From: Octopus vulgaris
Taxonomy: Eukaryota
DNA: 64,000 nt
NCBI GenBank assembly: GCA_951406725.2
Contig: OX597818.1
Span: 78,616,001 to 78,680,000 of the forward strand
Direction of reading: 5' to 3'
The notes below the pieces were generated by a model. That model did no database searches. It had not been told where the DNA came from and worked only from the letters and a program-made list of their open reading frames with translations. Below, in pieces: positions 23,110 to 37,157 of this stretch. Numbering within the stretch: the first letter of the stretch is position 1; each line of letters begins with the position of its first letter. Made by a program: the position numbers and the translations under genes.

Positions 23110-24376
23110 GTAAGTATATCTATGTATCTCTTTTACCTGTTTCTGTTTTTGGACTGTGACTTTGTGAGGCAATGCTTTGGAGAGTTTTGTCAAGGAAATC
23201 AGCTGCAGTACTTATTTTAAGTTTAGTGTTTATTCTGTTGGTTTCCTTTTGTGATGAAAATGTTGTGTGAGACATAAACATAACAACACTAGTTAGCAAG
23301 TGATGAAACAAACATATGTTCGCACACACACACACACACACATGCAAGCACACATGCACATACACACACACGGCTTCTGCACAGTTTCCATCTAGCAAAT
23401 TCAATTACAAGTATTTGGTTGACTCGAGGTTACAGTAGAAGATTCCTGACCACAAGGTGCCACATAATGAATGTACCTAAACTATATGGTTGCAAAGTGA
23501 AATTAACCCTTCAGGTGTGTCTGTACCTGTGTTTCAATATTCTGTCATGAAGCAAGGCAGAAAGAGATGGATGACACAAGGTAGCCAGCAAGTAAGGAGC
23601 ACTGTTAATAACTAGTGTTCCATAAGAAAATAAAAGTAGTAAGTGTAATATGGTTGAGTTGTGAACAAATATCTGCCTTCTGACAGAATGAGAAATAGTT
23701 GGTTCTATTAGCTTAATTAATAACAATATTTTTGATATCCTTTTAGTCAGGAAGGAAGGCAATGCCTATAATCTTTTACAGGGTCTCTGAGACTAGTGGA
23801 TGAGAGAAAAGGCAGTATCCTGAAACTGGAGACCTGGCTCAAATACTTGCAGCAGAGTGCTAAAAGTACCCAAGGTACCAAATAGTTGTGTTAAACTGGG
23901 CAATGGATTAAGTTGGTCATAGTAGGATTTAAAGTCAGAATGTACAAAACTGGAACACATACTGCAACACATCTGGTCCAGTATTCTTACAGTTTTGCTG
24001 ATCCATGGCTCTGGATTGTCTGTTGTGCTAAAAGCAGGTTCATGTCTACCTATTTGACCAGGTGCTCTGTATCTCTCGTGTCTCAAATAATTTATAGTAT
24101 TGAGTGTCATTCACACGAAAATCTTAGTTTTTTAATTTATTTCTCTTAAATGAGGTTTCATTAAAACCTAGCTTTTGATATATTGTATAATTAGCAGTAT
24201 TAGATTAATTTATTAGAATTTAACTTATTTCCTCTGCTTCTCAATAAAGTAATCAGTTATTAGCATTAAACAATTAATTGAATGAGATATCAATAGAAAA
24301 AGAATGCTATTTAAACTTTTGATGGTGTATTCAAATTAAATTGTGCTGTTTATTTATTTATTTTTTTTCTCTTCAG

Positions 24377-24483
24377 GTTTTGTTGTTTTATCACACACAA
24401 AATGGGTGTTGGAAACTGGTAGAAATTATGAAATCTGTTTGGAAATTTTTGATTCTTCAAATCACAAGATTTATCCATCAGAT
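24377..24483 (+). CDS. NUP210: NUP210 exon: FVVLSHTKWVLETGRNYEI...KIYPSD
   Basis: cttcag|GT...GAT|gtaagt; 107 nt. Confidence 0.95.
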
Positions 24484-24879
24484 GTAAGTGGAAACAGTCT
24501 GTTCTGTTTTGTTTTTTTCTGAATCTTTTTTTGATGTTTTGTTTAAAATGTTTACTTTTCTTCTATGTTTGCATGGGTCAGATGAGATTTGTCAAAGCAG
24601 ATTGTTTTACTACCGCATGCTTTTCCTGTCACCAACTCTCACCTGTTTCCAAGTAATGTAATAGTTCTCTTTGTCCTTCAAACATGAACAGCACAATGGT
24701 TGGAGATATTTTCACAGAAAATTGCAATGTGACATTTGTATACAGTTAGCATATGATATCCTAATAAGGAGACGCACAAACATATACATGTACTCACACA
24801 TTTTATTATTTTTTTATTGGCAGAAGTTACAAAGTGACTAAAAGACTGAGAGTTTCAAGCAGGGCGCTTATATTATGTA

Positions 24880-25900
24880 CAGGGGTTGGACAAAATAATG
24901 GAAAATCCTAGCATCATAGCATTATAATTTGAAATATATATAAAACCACCAAAAGCTTGTTTATTTTTATGTTTTTTGATTTATTATTAGTGTTGCTTAA
25001 TATGTTTTGCTAAAATTGCTGTTTCTTTTCAGATGTCATAAGAAAAAGGTAGTTAAAATTCATTTAAATGACAGATGTATCAGACTTTCAAAGAGGTCAA
25101 CTTGTTGGTGCTCGTATGTAGGTGCTAGTGTAATGAAAACAGCCGAAATGTTTGGTGTGTCAAAAAGTACTGTCTCGAAAATAATGACAGCCTTTGAGAA
25201 AGAGGGAAAAACCTTGTCGAAACAAAACTCCAGAAGAAAACCAAAACTTTCAGATAGGGACCGTTGGACTCTTATGCAAATTGTTAGAAAGGATCACAAA
25301 AGTACAGCTCCCAAAATTACTGCAGAGCTTAATGATCACCTCGAGAACCCAGTTTCCACAAAAGCTGGATTTCATGGGAGAGCTGCAATCAGAAAACCAC
25401 TACTTTCAAAAACAAACATTGCAAAGCATTTAGAGTGGAGTAAAAACCTACAGAGTTGGTCCCTAGAGCAGTGGAAGAACCCTATTTTCTTGGATGAGTC
25501 ATCCTTTACCTTATTTCCAGCCACCAGCTGAGTGTATATGTAGAGACAGCCAGAAGAAGCATTTGACCCAGACTGCTTTCTTCCAACTGTTAAACATGGG
25601 AGAGGATCTGTGATGATGGGGTGTGGGGTGTGGCTATATCTTGGAAATCGACTGGCCCAGTGGTTTCCCTTCATGGCAGAATTAATAGTCAAGACTATCG
25701 AAGCATTTTATATGATCAAATTCATCCTATGGTTGTGGAGCTGTTTCCAGAGGGAAACGTAATCTTTCTGGATGATAATGCACCAATTCACACAGCTAAT
25801 GGCACGAGGAACATTCTAGTGAAGTTGAACATCTTATCTGACCACCACAGTCCCCAGATCTCAATATTATCGAACATTTATGGTGCCTTTTAGAAAAACA
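24880..25900 (+). mobile_element. Tc1-like transposon, 3'-truncated, degenerate
   Basis: TA|CAGGGGTTGGACAAAATAATGG TIR. Transposase blocks: MTDVSDFQRGQLVGAR, GRAAIRKPLLS, IFLDESSF, PTVKHG.GSVM, FLDDNAPIH, PPQSPDLNIIEHLW. Confidence 0.92.
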
Positions 25901-26110
25901 ATGCGAATATGAAATTTTTGGTTATCCATTTCAAATGTCAATAAAGGGTAACCGGAATGAAAGATAAACCTATTTTTTAGTCAGGAACAAAGAAGAGATG
26001 CAGTAGCTCTTCAAGCAATGCCAAAGTTTTAACTGTTACATTTCAGGTGTGTTCAATGAAGTGTTAAAAGATTTAGCTTAAAATTGCTCAAAACTTTCCG
26101 GACAACCTAA
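25901..26110 (-). mobile_element. Mariner 5' fragment abutting the Tc1 remnant
   Basis: Minus strand TA|TTAGGTTGTCCGGAAAGTT TIR, then an ATG GAT AAC CAA AAA..CAT ATT CGC start. Confidence 0.65.
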
Positions 26111-27658
26111 TATATATTTATGATGTTTTATTTATCCTGTTTATTCTAATTAACTTCCTCAGGGTTCATAGTCTTGCAAGTTGTATGACAACCTCAATAG
26201 TGCTGGTGGCATGAAAGAAGCACCCAATATCTACTGTAAAGTGGTTAGTATTAGGAAGGGCCTCCAGCTGTAGAAACCATGCCAAAGCACACATTAGACC
26301 ACAATGCAATCCGTCAACTGATGAATCCTATCAAACTGTCCAGTCCATGCCAGGATGGAACATGGACATTTGATGATGATACACACTCCTTTCAGTTTCT
26401 GCCTACTGAGTCCCCTCACAAGGCTTTGGTTGGCCTAAAGCTATATAGTAGAAGACAGTTACCCCAAGTGTTGTGCAGTAGGATTGAACTTGAAACTACA
26501 GGGTTGGGAAGTGAATTTCTTAACCGAATGGCTATGCCTGATCCTATATTATTATTATATTTCTATTTCCAACATTTGTATACAATAGATTATTGCATTC
26601 CTCTAAGTTTATTGAAGTTGTTATAATTTTAGTAAAGGAAACTGAGACAAATAATGTCTGTCCACTTTGACCGTTTGTACTGTTAGTGTGTATCAGACAT
26701 GAAGTGGTTAAGAAGTTTGCTTCCCAACATTGTGGTTTCAGCTTCAGTCTCACTGCATAGCCCCTCGGGCAAGTGCCTTCTGCTAGAGCCCTTAACCAAC
26801 CAAAATCTTGTGAGTAGATTTGGTTGACAAACTGAAAGAAGCCCTTTTGTATGTGCACCCATGTCTCGACATCACATAATGTTTGTAAGCAGGTATCATT
26901 ATTATACAAGTGATGTTGTTAGTTTCCAGTTTTCTCTGAAAAAGATAGGAAATATTACCTTGGAAATGGTTGAGAGTTGGTGACAAGAAGAGCATCCGGC
27001 CATAGTGTTGTGCTTCAACAAATTTCTGATTCATGCAAGCATGGAAAAGAGGATTTTAAAACGGTTATGTGTTGTATGTATGTATGTTTATTTTTATATA
27101 CATGCACACACTTGTGCACATATACAATAGTAAAATGTCCCTGTTGGAGAAAATATTTTATATTTTCCTATAAAGGTATAGAAGTGGCTTATAGGCACAA
27201 AAGTAACTGTGTGGTAAGAAGCTTACTTCCCAACCACATTGTTCTGGGTTCAGTCCCACTGTATGGCACCTTGGGCAAGTGTCTTCTACTGTAGGCTCAG
27301 GCTGACCAAAGCCTTGTGAGTGGATTTGGTAGATGGAAACGGAAACAAGCCCTTTGTATATGTATTTATGTGTCCGTGTTTGTCTCTCTCCCATCATCAC
27401 TTGACAACTGGTGCTAGTGCGTTTACGTCCCTGTATTTTAGTGGTTCGACAAAAGAGACCGATAGAATAATTACTGGGCTTACAAAAGATATATCCTGGG
27501 GTTGATTTGTGTGACTAAAGGTGGTGCTCCAGCATGGCCGCAGTCAAATGATTGAAACGAGTAAAAGAATAAAAAAAGAAATGTCCAAAATAGTAAAAAA
27601 AAAAAAAAAAAAATTAATAAAAAAAGGCTTAAACAATTGTAATTCCTTCCACTTTCAG

Positions 27659-27796
27659 AATCTCATAATTGAAGCTTTATTTCCTGCTGAATATTTCCGA
27701 GTCAATCACCAAACAAAAAATGGTTCCTACTTTCATGTGACCACTCTAAAGAAAGGAGTTGTTAACATCAAAGGTAGTTTAAAAGGTGTTCTGTCT
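27659..27796 (+). CDS. NUP210: NUP210 exon: NLIIEALFPAEYF...NGSYFHV...GVLS
   Basis: tttcag|AAT...TCT|gtaagt; 138 nt. Confidence 0.94.
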
Positions 27797-27849
27797 GTAA
27801 GTAAAGCCATCTATCTAATCCAGTTTCTTAATCTGAAGTTTTTCTATAA

Positions 27850-28068
27850 TCCTTTTGATTACCGACCTGCTTGAGACCACTGGTTCTGCAATGCAAACTT
27901 CCTGTTTTAAAGTAATTTAAACTTCCTATCAAAATTTCATGTCAGTTTATTTTCTAAAACATTAGCTTCATAATGGCTATGCTCTATTATTAAATTCTTC
28001 ATTATTTTAAAATATTAATTGAAACAGAAGTATTGTGTGTGCCAACAGGAATATGGTAACAAAAAGGG
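27850..28068 (+). mobile_element. piggyBac-like MITE, family P2 (partial copies at about 8730-8970, 11100-11312, 12520-12710, 14715-15150, 36040-36180, 49693-49780)
   Basis: CCTTTTG...CAAAAAGGG|TTAA termini; shared body. Confidence 0.7.
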
Positions 28069-28361
28069 TTAATATGTCAATCATGCTTCTTTTGTTTTGC
28101 TATATAAGCTCTCTTTCTCTCACCTGTTTATACACACACACACATATATATATCACCTGCTATGTGTTTTTTATCTGCAAATATTTCTGTTTTAAAACCA
28201 GACTAAACTGCCTCATTAGAATTCTCTTCAATTGTACATCTTATTAATCATTTGCATACAAAATGACATAGATTGTGGAATATAGTTTTTTTTAATTCTT
28301 TTACATTGTACTTAATAATACTGCTATACATGCCTAATTTATGAATATTCATATTTCAAAG

Positions 28362-28499
28362 GAAAAGAAACATCTATTTGCACAAGCCCTAGTGACTGAA
28401 CAGTTGCTGGAGATCTATGACAAAATTGAGGTGGAACCAAAGTCTATATTATTCCCATGGGAATCAAATACTAAATTTAGTTATAGCTCAAAGCTTACG
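28362..28499 (+). CDS. NUP210: NUP210 exon: EKKHLFAQ...EPKSILFPWE...KLT
   Basis: ttcaaag|GAA...ACG|gtaaga; 138 nt; the acceptor could alternatively be 6 nt downstream. Confidence 0.9.
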
Positions 28500-29143
28500 G
28501 TAAGAGTTTTTCTGACATTTGTATAATGTTAATGTCTTGTTTTATTTTTTAGTTATGTCTTGTTTTATTTTTTAGTTATGTCTTGTTTGAAAATGATTTT
28601 TTATTATCTGTTCTCATGTTTGCATCAGTCTGATGTAATTTGGGATCTTTTGTATCTAAGTAGGTTAATTTTTTTTTTCAGGTTCTGATTGTATTAATAA
28701 TAATTATTTCTACTCTAGGCACAAGGCCTTGAAAATTTTGTGGGGAAGGGGGCTAGTTAGTTACAATAACTCCAGTGTATAACTGGTACTTATTTCATCA
28801 ACCCCAAAAGGATGAAAGGCAGTTGAACCTGGCGGAATTTGAAGTCAGAAACGTAGTGACAGACAAAATACTGCCAAGCATTTCGCCTGGTGTGCTAATG
28901 ATTCTACCAGCTTGCCACCTTAATTGTGTTAATAAGACTAATAATTATTATTTTTATTTTTGCTCAAGGCTTGCAATTTTGAAGAGAGGTGGTGTTTAGT
29001 TGATTACATCGAACCCCAATACTTAGCAGATACTTATTTTATTGACCCTGAAAAGATGAACAACAATGTCGACTTGGAATGTAAAATGTTGGAAGAAATG
29101 CTGCTAAACATTTTGTCTGATACACTATTGATTCTGCTAGCTT

Positions 29144-29676
29144 AGGCAGTGGCTCTCATGGCTTCTGATTTTAACTGACTGGAAATGTTATCGTGTACAT
29201 GTTTTGTCTTGGTATAAAAGATGGGCTACAGCAAATATTCTGCTCAATACCACAGATTTACTTGTCAGTTGCTTGACCTTAACCATTTGAGCATGTCCCT
29301 TAGTGGCTGATGATATGTGCATCTTTGATCATGAGCAGAAGTAGTGGGAGAGCATCATAGCTGTGTGTTGAGGAATTCCTTGGGGTTTTATAAACACTAC
29401 TGGAAACATGGGTTCATCTTCCTTAAACAGACCTTATTCAGGGACCTTTTGAGTGAGATGGGCTTCTCAACCTGAAGAAAATTCAAACTGGGCCCCACCT
29501 GCAAGATCATGCGCTATTTATCTTGATATGAGATCACCATGTCATGTACATATGATTGTGATGCATGTGCCTTTATCAGATGGTTAGTCATGTTGGGTAT
29601 ATTGGGCTTCATATATTTGTACCCCAGTATCACTTTGATGGCATGCACTACTCTCTCGCTCAATAATGATAATAAT
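29144..29676 (+). repeat. Probable interspersed repeat of about 530 bp ending in a (TAA)-like tail, unclassified
   Basis: Higher-complexity block with sharp boundaries between SINE fragments; no ORF; single copy in this window. Confidence 0.45.
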
Positions 29677-30282
29677 GGTTTTCAATTTAGGTACAAGACA
29701 CGTAATTTTTGAGGGAAGTGGGTTAGTTCATACCTTTGGGGTCAGTGTTTGACTTTATTTTATTGACCCTGAAATGATGAAAGAGCAAAGTTAACCATGG
29801 CAGGATTTGAACTCATAACATATAGGAGTTGAGGCAAGAACCATATGACATTTTGTCAAACACTTTACTGATTCTACTAATCCACCTCCCTTACATATAT
29901 TTTTAATACTAAAATACTATTACCAATACTGTTTTTTCTCTCAGAACTATATTCTTCTGAAATTTCCTCCTTGGCAAATCTCTCCCATATGCAACTATTG
30001 ACCCAAAAGTTGGAACTAAACGGTTGCCATTCAAACAGCCTTACCTAACAGTGTTTCTGTGTTCTAAATTGAAGCAGCTAGACAATCTATGGCCACTACT
30101 CTTCACTTGATATTATAACAATAAAGTTATTAAAAATGTATGTATGGTAATTAAAAGAAAGAAAAGCAGAAATTCTTTTCAATAATTCCATCTGTTTCAT
30201 GTTGTTTTTAATGATTTTATGTTTACTTTTATCTCTTGTGAATATATTCAAATATTTTCAAATACCTTTATGTTATTTGCAG

Positions 30283-30435
30283 GCTACTGGTGGTAGTGGT
30301 GAATATTCCTGGAATTCCTTGAACCTAAGTGTTGCCACTGTAAACAACAAAGGTTACACAAGTCCTGTCAGCCTTGGAATTAGTACAGTAGTGGCTGCTG
30401 ATGTCAAGAACCATAGGCACACCGGAATGGCTAAG
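30283..30435 (+). CDS. NUP210: NUP210 exon: ATGGSGEYSWNS...DVKNHRHTGMAK
   Basis: ttgcag|GCT...AAG|gtgagg; 153 nt. Confidence 0.95.
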
Positions 30436-31766
30436 GTGAGGTTTCGAAACAAACAGATTATTTTTCTTTAGAATCCTAGCATGCAAAGTGTGTATGTTAA
30501 AGTGTTTGTGAGAAAGCTGGCATAAAAGGAATTAAATGTGGCATGCATAAGAGAGTTCTGGGAGCAATGTATTTTCCACCCACGTATAATAATAAAAAAT
30601 GAAAAACTTTCACATTCTACCCCCAACAAACCAAACTACATCTCCTTTTCTCTTCCTCACATTTCCTTTTTCCCACGCACTGTGCTTATGCTTATCTCTT
30701 GGTCTCCAAACCTGTCCTTATTGCCCTGCTCACTGTATCATTGCTATCCTGTTGTCTCCTTCCTCTATATACTCCCATTTCATGAATCACTGCATTCTCC
30801 ACCCCCACACTCTTTGTATTCATGTGAAGTCCCTACTCTCTACTTATGCACACTTGGCTATACTCCACCATCCCATTTATATTTTAATCCCCATACCTTG
30901 AGGGCGTCTCTGGCACTTCGCCACTATCTCTCTCTCTCATTCTACCATCCCTTTTATATTCTGATCCCCATACCTTGAGGGTATGCCCTGGCATTTCATC
31001 GCCATCTCCCACCCTCTCTCGCACTCACCCTCTTGCTCTCTTCCACTCTCTCCTTCTTGATCAGTCTTTTTCTCTCTCTCCCTCTGACTGGGTAACCATG
31101 TATCTTCTCTACAGCAACACACCTTCTATCATTCTGTCACACTCTAACTTCTCATCATCTGGCACATGGCCACCTTCAGTGCCCCCTCCCTCCTTCTCTC
31201 AGAGGATCTTTGTTTTGCAAGTTACTTGGTGACCCTCCCAGTGCTGATACATTCAGTCCACACTGTAAAGTGGTTGGTATTTGGAAGGGCATCCAGTTGT
31301 AAACATCATGCTGAAACTGGCCTAGCTGGTGCTATGTGAAAAGCACTCAGTCCACCCTGTAAGGTGTTAGGAAGGGCATCTAACTGTAAAGATCCTGCCA
31401 AAACAGATAATGAAATCTGGTTCAGTCTTGTACCTAGCCAGCTCTTGTTAAACTGTCCAGCCCATACCAGAATAGAAAATGGACATTAAATGATGACGAT
31501 GATATACACATACACTCACACACACACACGCATATGTATATGCACTTATATACATACATATGATGGACTTCTTTCAATTTTTGGCCAAGGCTATAGTGGA
31601 AAACACTTGCCCTAGGTGCTACACAGTGGGACTGAACCCAGAATCATGTTTGTTGGGAAGTAAGCTTCTTGTCATACAGCCATGCCTGTGCCTTTCTTAA
31701 AAAAAAGCAAAAAATTTAATATTCATTATAATGTAAATTAAAAAGAATTTTTTTCTGTCTTTGTAG

Positions 31767-31872
31767 GTTGCTGTCCTTCCTCCAACGAAAATTAAGCTGC
31801 TTCCATCAAAAGTGGAAGCTGAAATCAACACCAAGTTACTTCTCCCTGTTGCAATGTTTGCTGATTTTGAAG
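31767..31872 (+). CDS. NUP210: NUP210 exon: VAVLPPTKIKLLPSKVEAEI...MFADFE
   Basis: ttgtag|GTT...G|gttgtt (weak donor, phase fits the next exon); 106 nt. Confidence 0.88.
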
Positions 31873-34009
31873 GTTGTTATTGTTTATTGATTGATTCTAA
31901 GAAATTCTTGTATATTTTGAATTTTCTGTCAGAATATTTTCTAGGTTGCTATTTTAGACTGTATTCAGCATTATAATCATCATTTAGTGTTTGTTTTCCA
32001 TGCTGGGTTAGATGGTTTGGCAGGAGCCTCAAGCCAGGGGATTGTGTCAAGCTCCTGCGTCTGCCTCAGCATTGTTCCTACAACTAAATGCTCTCTCTAA
32101 TTCCAACTACTTTACAGAGTGTACTGGGTGCTTTTTATGTGATACTGGCACTAGTAAGGTCACCTAGGAACTTGCAAGACAAGACTTCTCAACTGAGGGT
32201 ATGGATAGTATTGGGGAAGGTGGCTTAACCTCAGGACACTGAACCTTTCAGATGAGATTACAAAGGACTGAGACACCTGGCACCTTGTTATATTCAAGAA
32301 GACCTGTCCTCCACAGCAGAAGGGAATAGGCCTGCAAGAGGCTTGTGCTGGTGCTATGTAAGAGCCACTTGTGCTGATGTCATGTTAAAAGCACCCAGCA
32401 CATACTGTAAAGTGGTTGGTGTTAGGATGGGCATCCAGCTGTAGAACTAGGCCAAATCAGACTGGAACCTGGTGCAGCTCTTCTGCTTGCCAGCAATGGT
32501 CAAACTGTCCAACTAATGCCAGCATGGAAAACAGACATTAAAAGATGATGATGAACTATTTGATTTGTTTGTGCAGTTGTTTCACTTCCCATACTAGCAA
32601 GGCTTTGACAGAAGTAAATATTGAGACAGGATTTTTACAGCTGAATGTCCTTTCTGTTACAAATAACACTTTGTTTTTCAATTAAGGAATTTTTTATTCC
32701 TTAGGAATTTTAGAGTGCAGAGATGGCAGAGTTTTGATGGCAGAAAATATTAAGCAGCTTCACCTGTTACGATGCAACCACAAAGAATGACATCACATTT
32801 CTACTTGAACTGCAGATGGTGGTCATTGTCTGTACCTGTTACTCAGTATAGTTTTGTAAACATTCACACAAGATGACTAAGGACTGAGATATCTGGTGCA
32901 TTGCTGTACTCAAGAAGACCCACCTGCCACAGCAGAAATGTTACTAGTGCTGGTGCCACATAAAAAGTGCCTGGTACACACTGGACTGGTTGGTGTTAGG
33001 AAGGGCATCCAGCCATAGAAACCATGTCAGAACGGACAATGGAGTCTGGTGCAGCCCCTGGCCATACCAGCTCCAGTCAAACCATCTAACCCTTGCCAGT
33101 ATGGAAAATGCTTGTTTAAATGATGATGATGATGATACTCATACATATATACATCTTGCACATATGCATATGGAAGATGTAAATTTATTCTGCACTACTT
33201 GTGTAACTGGTGCAGTACTCTCTTTAAACATGCACATTATGAACCATGTTAGAAAGGGATTTGGTTTAGTTAATCTGAATGTTTTTAGAAGTCTTGTTTT
33301 TATATAAGGTTAGCTGATAATGACTATAAATCTAAGCAAATTAACAAGCACAAAGCAGGCAAAATAAACACTATTTAGTAATTAGTGTGTTATTAATTGT
33401 CATTGCAAATAAGTTTGTTTAATGAACAAGAGTAATGTTTGTGTTCAATATGGCGTTCAGTTTTCATCATCATTTATCATCTATTTTCCATATAGGTATG
33501 GGCTGGACAGCTTGACAAGAGCCATGAGCTGCAGGGCTGTGTTGAGTTGAGCTCCAGTGAAGCTTTTCATGGTTTCTATGGTTGGATGCTCTTCTTAATA
33601 TTAACCACTCGACATTGTGTATTGGGTGCTTTTTTTTGTGAGGTTAAAAGCAATTTGTCAAACAGAAAAGAGGAGGAAAGAAACAACAAAAACAAAACAG
33701 GACTTAGTTTGAGTGGGGGGCTGTGTGAGAGCGGGAAGAGGTGGCTTTATGCCAGGTGTTGAAAGGTTAAAGTATGATAAAGGGGATGGACGCAGCTGTC
33801 TTACTAAAGTGGAGCCATATGACTACTCCATATTATAGATGGGCAGGAGGGAGTTCTTGGAAGGAAGTAAAGATGTTAGTGATGGGTGCCAGAGCAAACT
33901 CTCAAGGGTTTGTTAGTGACATTGCTTAAATGTACACCATTACACTGATATTGTTTCCTAAATTATAATAATTTTAATATTTAAATTATTTTATCTATTT
34001 GATTCTTAG

Positions 34010-34093
34010 GTGCCGAGAAAGCCTTTGAAGATTGCCGACATCTAAAATTGTCTGTGAAATTCTCAGACAAAACTTCATTTGATTTAATCCCAG
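34010..34093 (+). CDS. NUP210: NUP210 exon: AEKAFEDCRHLKLSV...FDLIP
   Basis: tcttag|GT...G|gtgaaa; 84 nt; matches gp210 SDCSHFDL. Confidence 0.87.
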
Positions 34094-34297
34094 GTGAAAT
34101 TTTTTTTTTCATTTTTGTATTTCCATCACTTCTACAATTTAAAATAGCATGTAATTTTTTCATAGTGGTTCTTCATGTTTTGATATGTTCCCTTATTTTC
34201 TTTGTCGTATAAGTGATTTCAATTTTCGTTCTGCACTCTGTTTTTCTTTGCTGTACTGCTTCATTACAAAATGCAAAACCTCACTCCTTATTCACAA

Positions 34298-34370
34298 TTC
34301 ATCATCATCATCACCACCATCATCATCATCATCATCACTACCACCATCACCACCACCATCACCATCATCA
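34298..34370. repeat. (CAT/CAC)n trinucleotide tract
   Basis: Seen directly in the sequence. Confidence 0.9.
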
Positions 34371-34774
34371 CGTCTCTATATTCCATTCTGACATGGGTTG
34401 AATGGTTAGACAAATATATGACATGTATAGGATGTATACATATGCATGTGGTATATGCATGTATGTTCAGTTGTATATTCATATACACAAACAAAGGTTT
34501 GCATATGACATTTTTGTGTCTGCAGAGTTCTATGCATTGAGTTATTTTCCATCGTTCTAGTAAATGACTGAAACTTGTTTATCAACAGAATCCTTATTGT
34601 TATATCACAATCTATAGCAGTACTAACAACAGCAACCATATTTTCTGATTGTTCACTTGTTTAGGAAAGCTTGTCTGTAATGGCTATTCTGATATCACAG
34701 ACCTTTACATCATCATTATCATTTAGCATCCAATTTTCCCTGCTTGCATGGAAAAGTGGACATTTAATACTACC

Positions 34775-35495
34775 ATTATTATTATTATTTAGTAATCTTA
34801 TTTTTATCACATGCTTTCTCTGAACTTCTAAGCACAGCTCTGTGTGCCCTGGGTATGTGCTGGGGTTTGTTTTGGTGCTATTTTTACTGTATTGAAAGTG
34901 CTTTATATAGGATGTGTGCAGTGCCTACCAGTGCTGTTTTCTTTATGTTATATATATATTTGTAAGTCCTGGTGTGTTGGTTTTGTATTTGTCTATATTT
35001 TTTCTATCATATCTATTGCACCTATTATAGGGATTATTTCTGTTTTTAGGCCCCACATTCGGGTTATCTCTATTTCCTGATCTTTGTATTTTGAGATTTT
35101 CTCCATTTCATTTAGAGATACATCTGTTGGGATTGATGTGTCGATTAGAAGGCATTTTTTTCTTGATAATATCTGACAACTATATCCAGTTTATTAGCTT
35201 TGATCTCTCTATCTGTATGTATTTCAGAGTATGGTTGCTTTGTAATTTTCTAAGACCTTTTCTGGGATATACCTCTACCATTTTTCTTCTGTTATCATTC
35301 CATAGTGTTGGCATGGCTTCCAGTGTATATAGGTCCCAACTCTGTCATATCTGTAAATATATTCTTTCTTTGCCAGGACTGGGCAGCCAAAGGCAATAAG
35401 ATTTATTGTTTCTTCCCCATCACCACATATTCTGCAGTTATTGTATTTTCCTTCACTATGTGCTTCTGATGGAGAGGCTTTGATCTTGGGCTGCA
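34775..35495 (-). mobile_element. R4/Dong-clade (restriction-like endonuclease) LINE 3' fragment
   Basis: Minus strand: AAQDQ, CRICGDGEETIN...GCPVLAKKEY, TDREIKANK.DIVV, CLLID.SIP, KYKD.EIEITRMWGLKT; (TAA)n tail. Confidence 0.85.
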
Positions 35496-37002
35496 ATTAA
35501 ATGCTTAACAACATTTCATTCATCTTTACATTCTGCTGAGATTGACTTTACCTTTCATCCTTTCAAGGTTGATAGAATAAAATACCAGTTGAATACTAGG
35601 ATTGATGTAACCGTTTAACCCCTTCCCCACCCAACCCCAAAATTTCAGGTCTTGTGCCTATAACAGAAAGGATTTTATTATTGCTGGTGGAATTATTAAC
35701 TCCCCCTCTGCCACCACCACCACCACCATACATCTCTTAACCTCCTCACACACTGACCGTCTGTCTTCTCTCACACTCTTGTAACTTCTCCCTCACACAT
35801 CATCTCTCTTTCATCCTTCTCAAGTCTACTGTATTATTATTACTATCCTGCTGTTCATCATTCTTTCTATTCTATTATCCCTTCTCTTCCATACTATTCA
35901 TAAATTCATTTGGTACCCCTCTGTTTGTGAATTACTAATCTCACTACTTTTCAAACTGCAGCATTCCATATCTAGCTTCACCACTTTTGGTTATGGACAA
36001 CACACTTCCTCTTTCGTTACCATATTTCTGTTGGCTTACACTGCTTTTGTTTCTATTAATTTTTAAAATAATGGAAAAAATTTAGTAAAATAAATTTGCA
36101 TAGTTAAGCTTGTGTTTGGATCATAAATTAACATGAAATTTTGACATTGCTTTAAAACAGTTTTTTTTATCATAGAAGCTAAAGCTGTGATCTTGTTCTT
36201 TCTTTGCTTTCATTAGTGGATTTCTTTTGTTTTCTTCTCTCTCTATTATCACGCTATGTACACTTCCCTCTTAGAATAACTTATATATTCTGACTTGTCA
36301 TGCTTCACCTGCAGTGCTTTAAATTGCACTTTACCCCTCCCTCACCCCTGCCTACACTATACTAACAAGTTATTTATTCTGGTGGTTTCTATTGTGATAT
36401 AAAATCTAATTTACTTTTTCTGATAAAGAGAGCATAGTGTGGATACTGGCTGGAAAACAGATTGGCTTCTTTGCTTGGTGAAATACTGACTGTTGATTTA
36501 ACTTGTTCAGAATCTCTGTTGTAGCGTCAGCATCAACAGGACTCTGTGTTTTAATTATTTTCTGGTGGCGTCATTTCCCATCTTTGCTCTGGCAATTCAA
36601 GCTTGGCTTCTGGCTTCATGGTTGGTTCTTCGCCTTAACCTTGCATCAGTTGATTTTTTGTTTGTTTCACCATTCCAGTTTAGTTCTTTATAAAGCCAAT
36701 CTGTTTTTATATATTTTCCATTTCATAGAAAATGTCTCTCTTTTTCGTGATCTACTTGCAGTTTCTCCTCACTCAAGTTTAAACTGCGTAGCAACCAGCT
36801 GGCCATTTCATTTGTGTTACTCTATGGGCCATAGGGCTATTGGTTTGTACCTTCCCTTGTGTTGTCTTTCTCCCAACCTTCCTCTCATTGCTGCTGTTAA
36901 AACAGCCTGAATTCTGCCTGTAAATTCTAACACCTGATGCTTTTAAGCTATGTGATATTTGTTGTATAATTCTTGTAACATATTGTGTTTGCCATTTTTC
37001 AG

Positions 37003-37157
37003 ACCATGCTGGTTCTGTGGACACCGAGAAAATTAGCTGCACCTCCATTCAGCTCCTGGCCAAGCAACCAGGCAGCTGTCGAATAACAGTTACTTACCAA
37101 GGTTCACATAAAATTCTACAAGCTTCTGTTACTGTGGCAGCATACAAACCTCTTGTG
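37003..37157 (+). CDS. NUP210: NUP210 exon: HAGSVDTEKISCTSIQL...VTVAAYKPLV
   Basis: ttttcag|AC...GTG|gtgagt; 155 nt. Confidence 0.93.

Noticed and set aside
28532-28588. 23-bp tandem duplication containing TTTTAG pseudo-acceptors (also a 29-bp duplication at about 3973-4030)
   Set aside because: Ordinary local slippage; no exon follows.
34185-34540. Poly-His/Ser/Ile ORFs (also 52818-53267)
   Set aside because: Translations of (CAT/CAC)n microsatellites.
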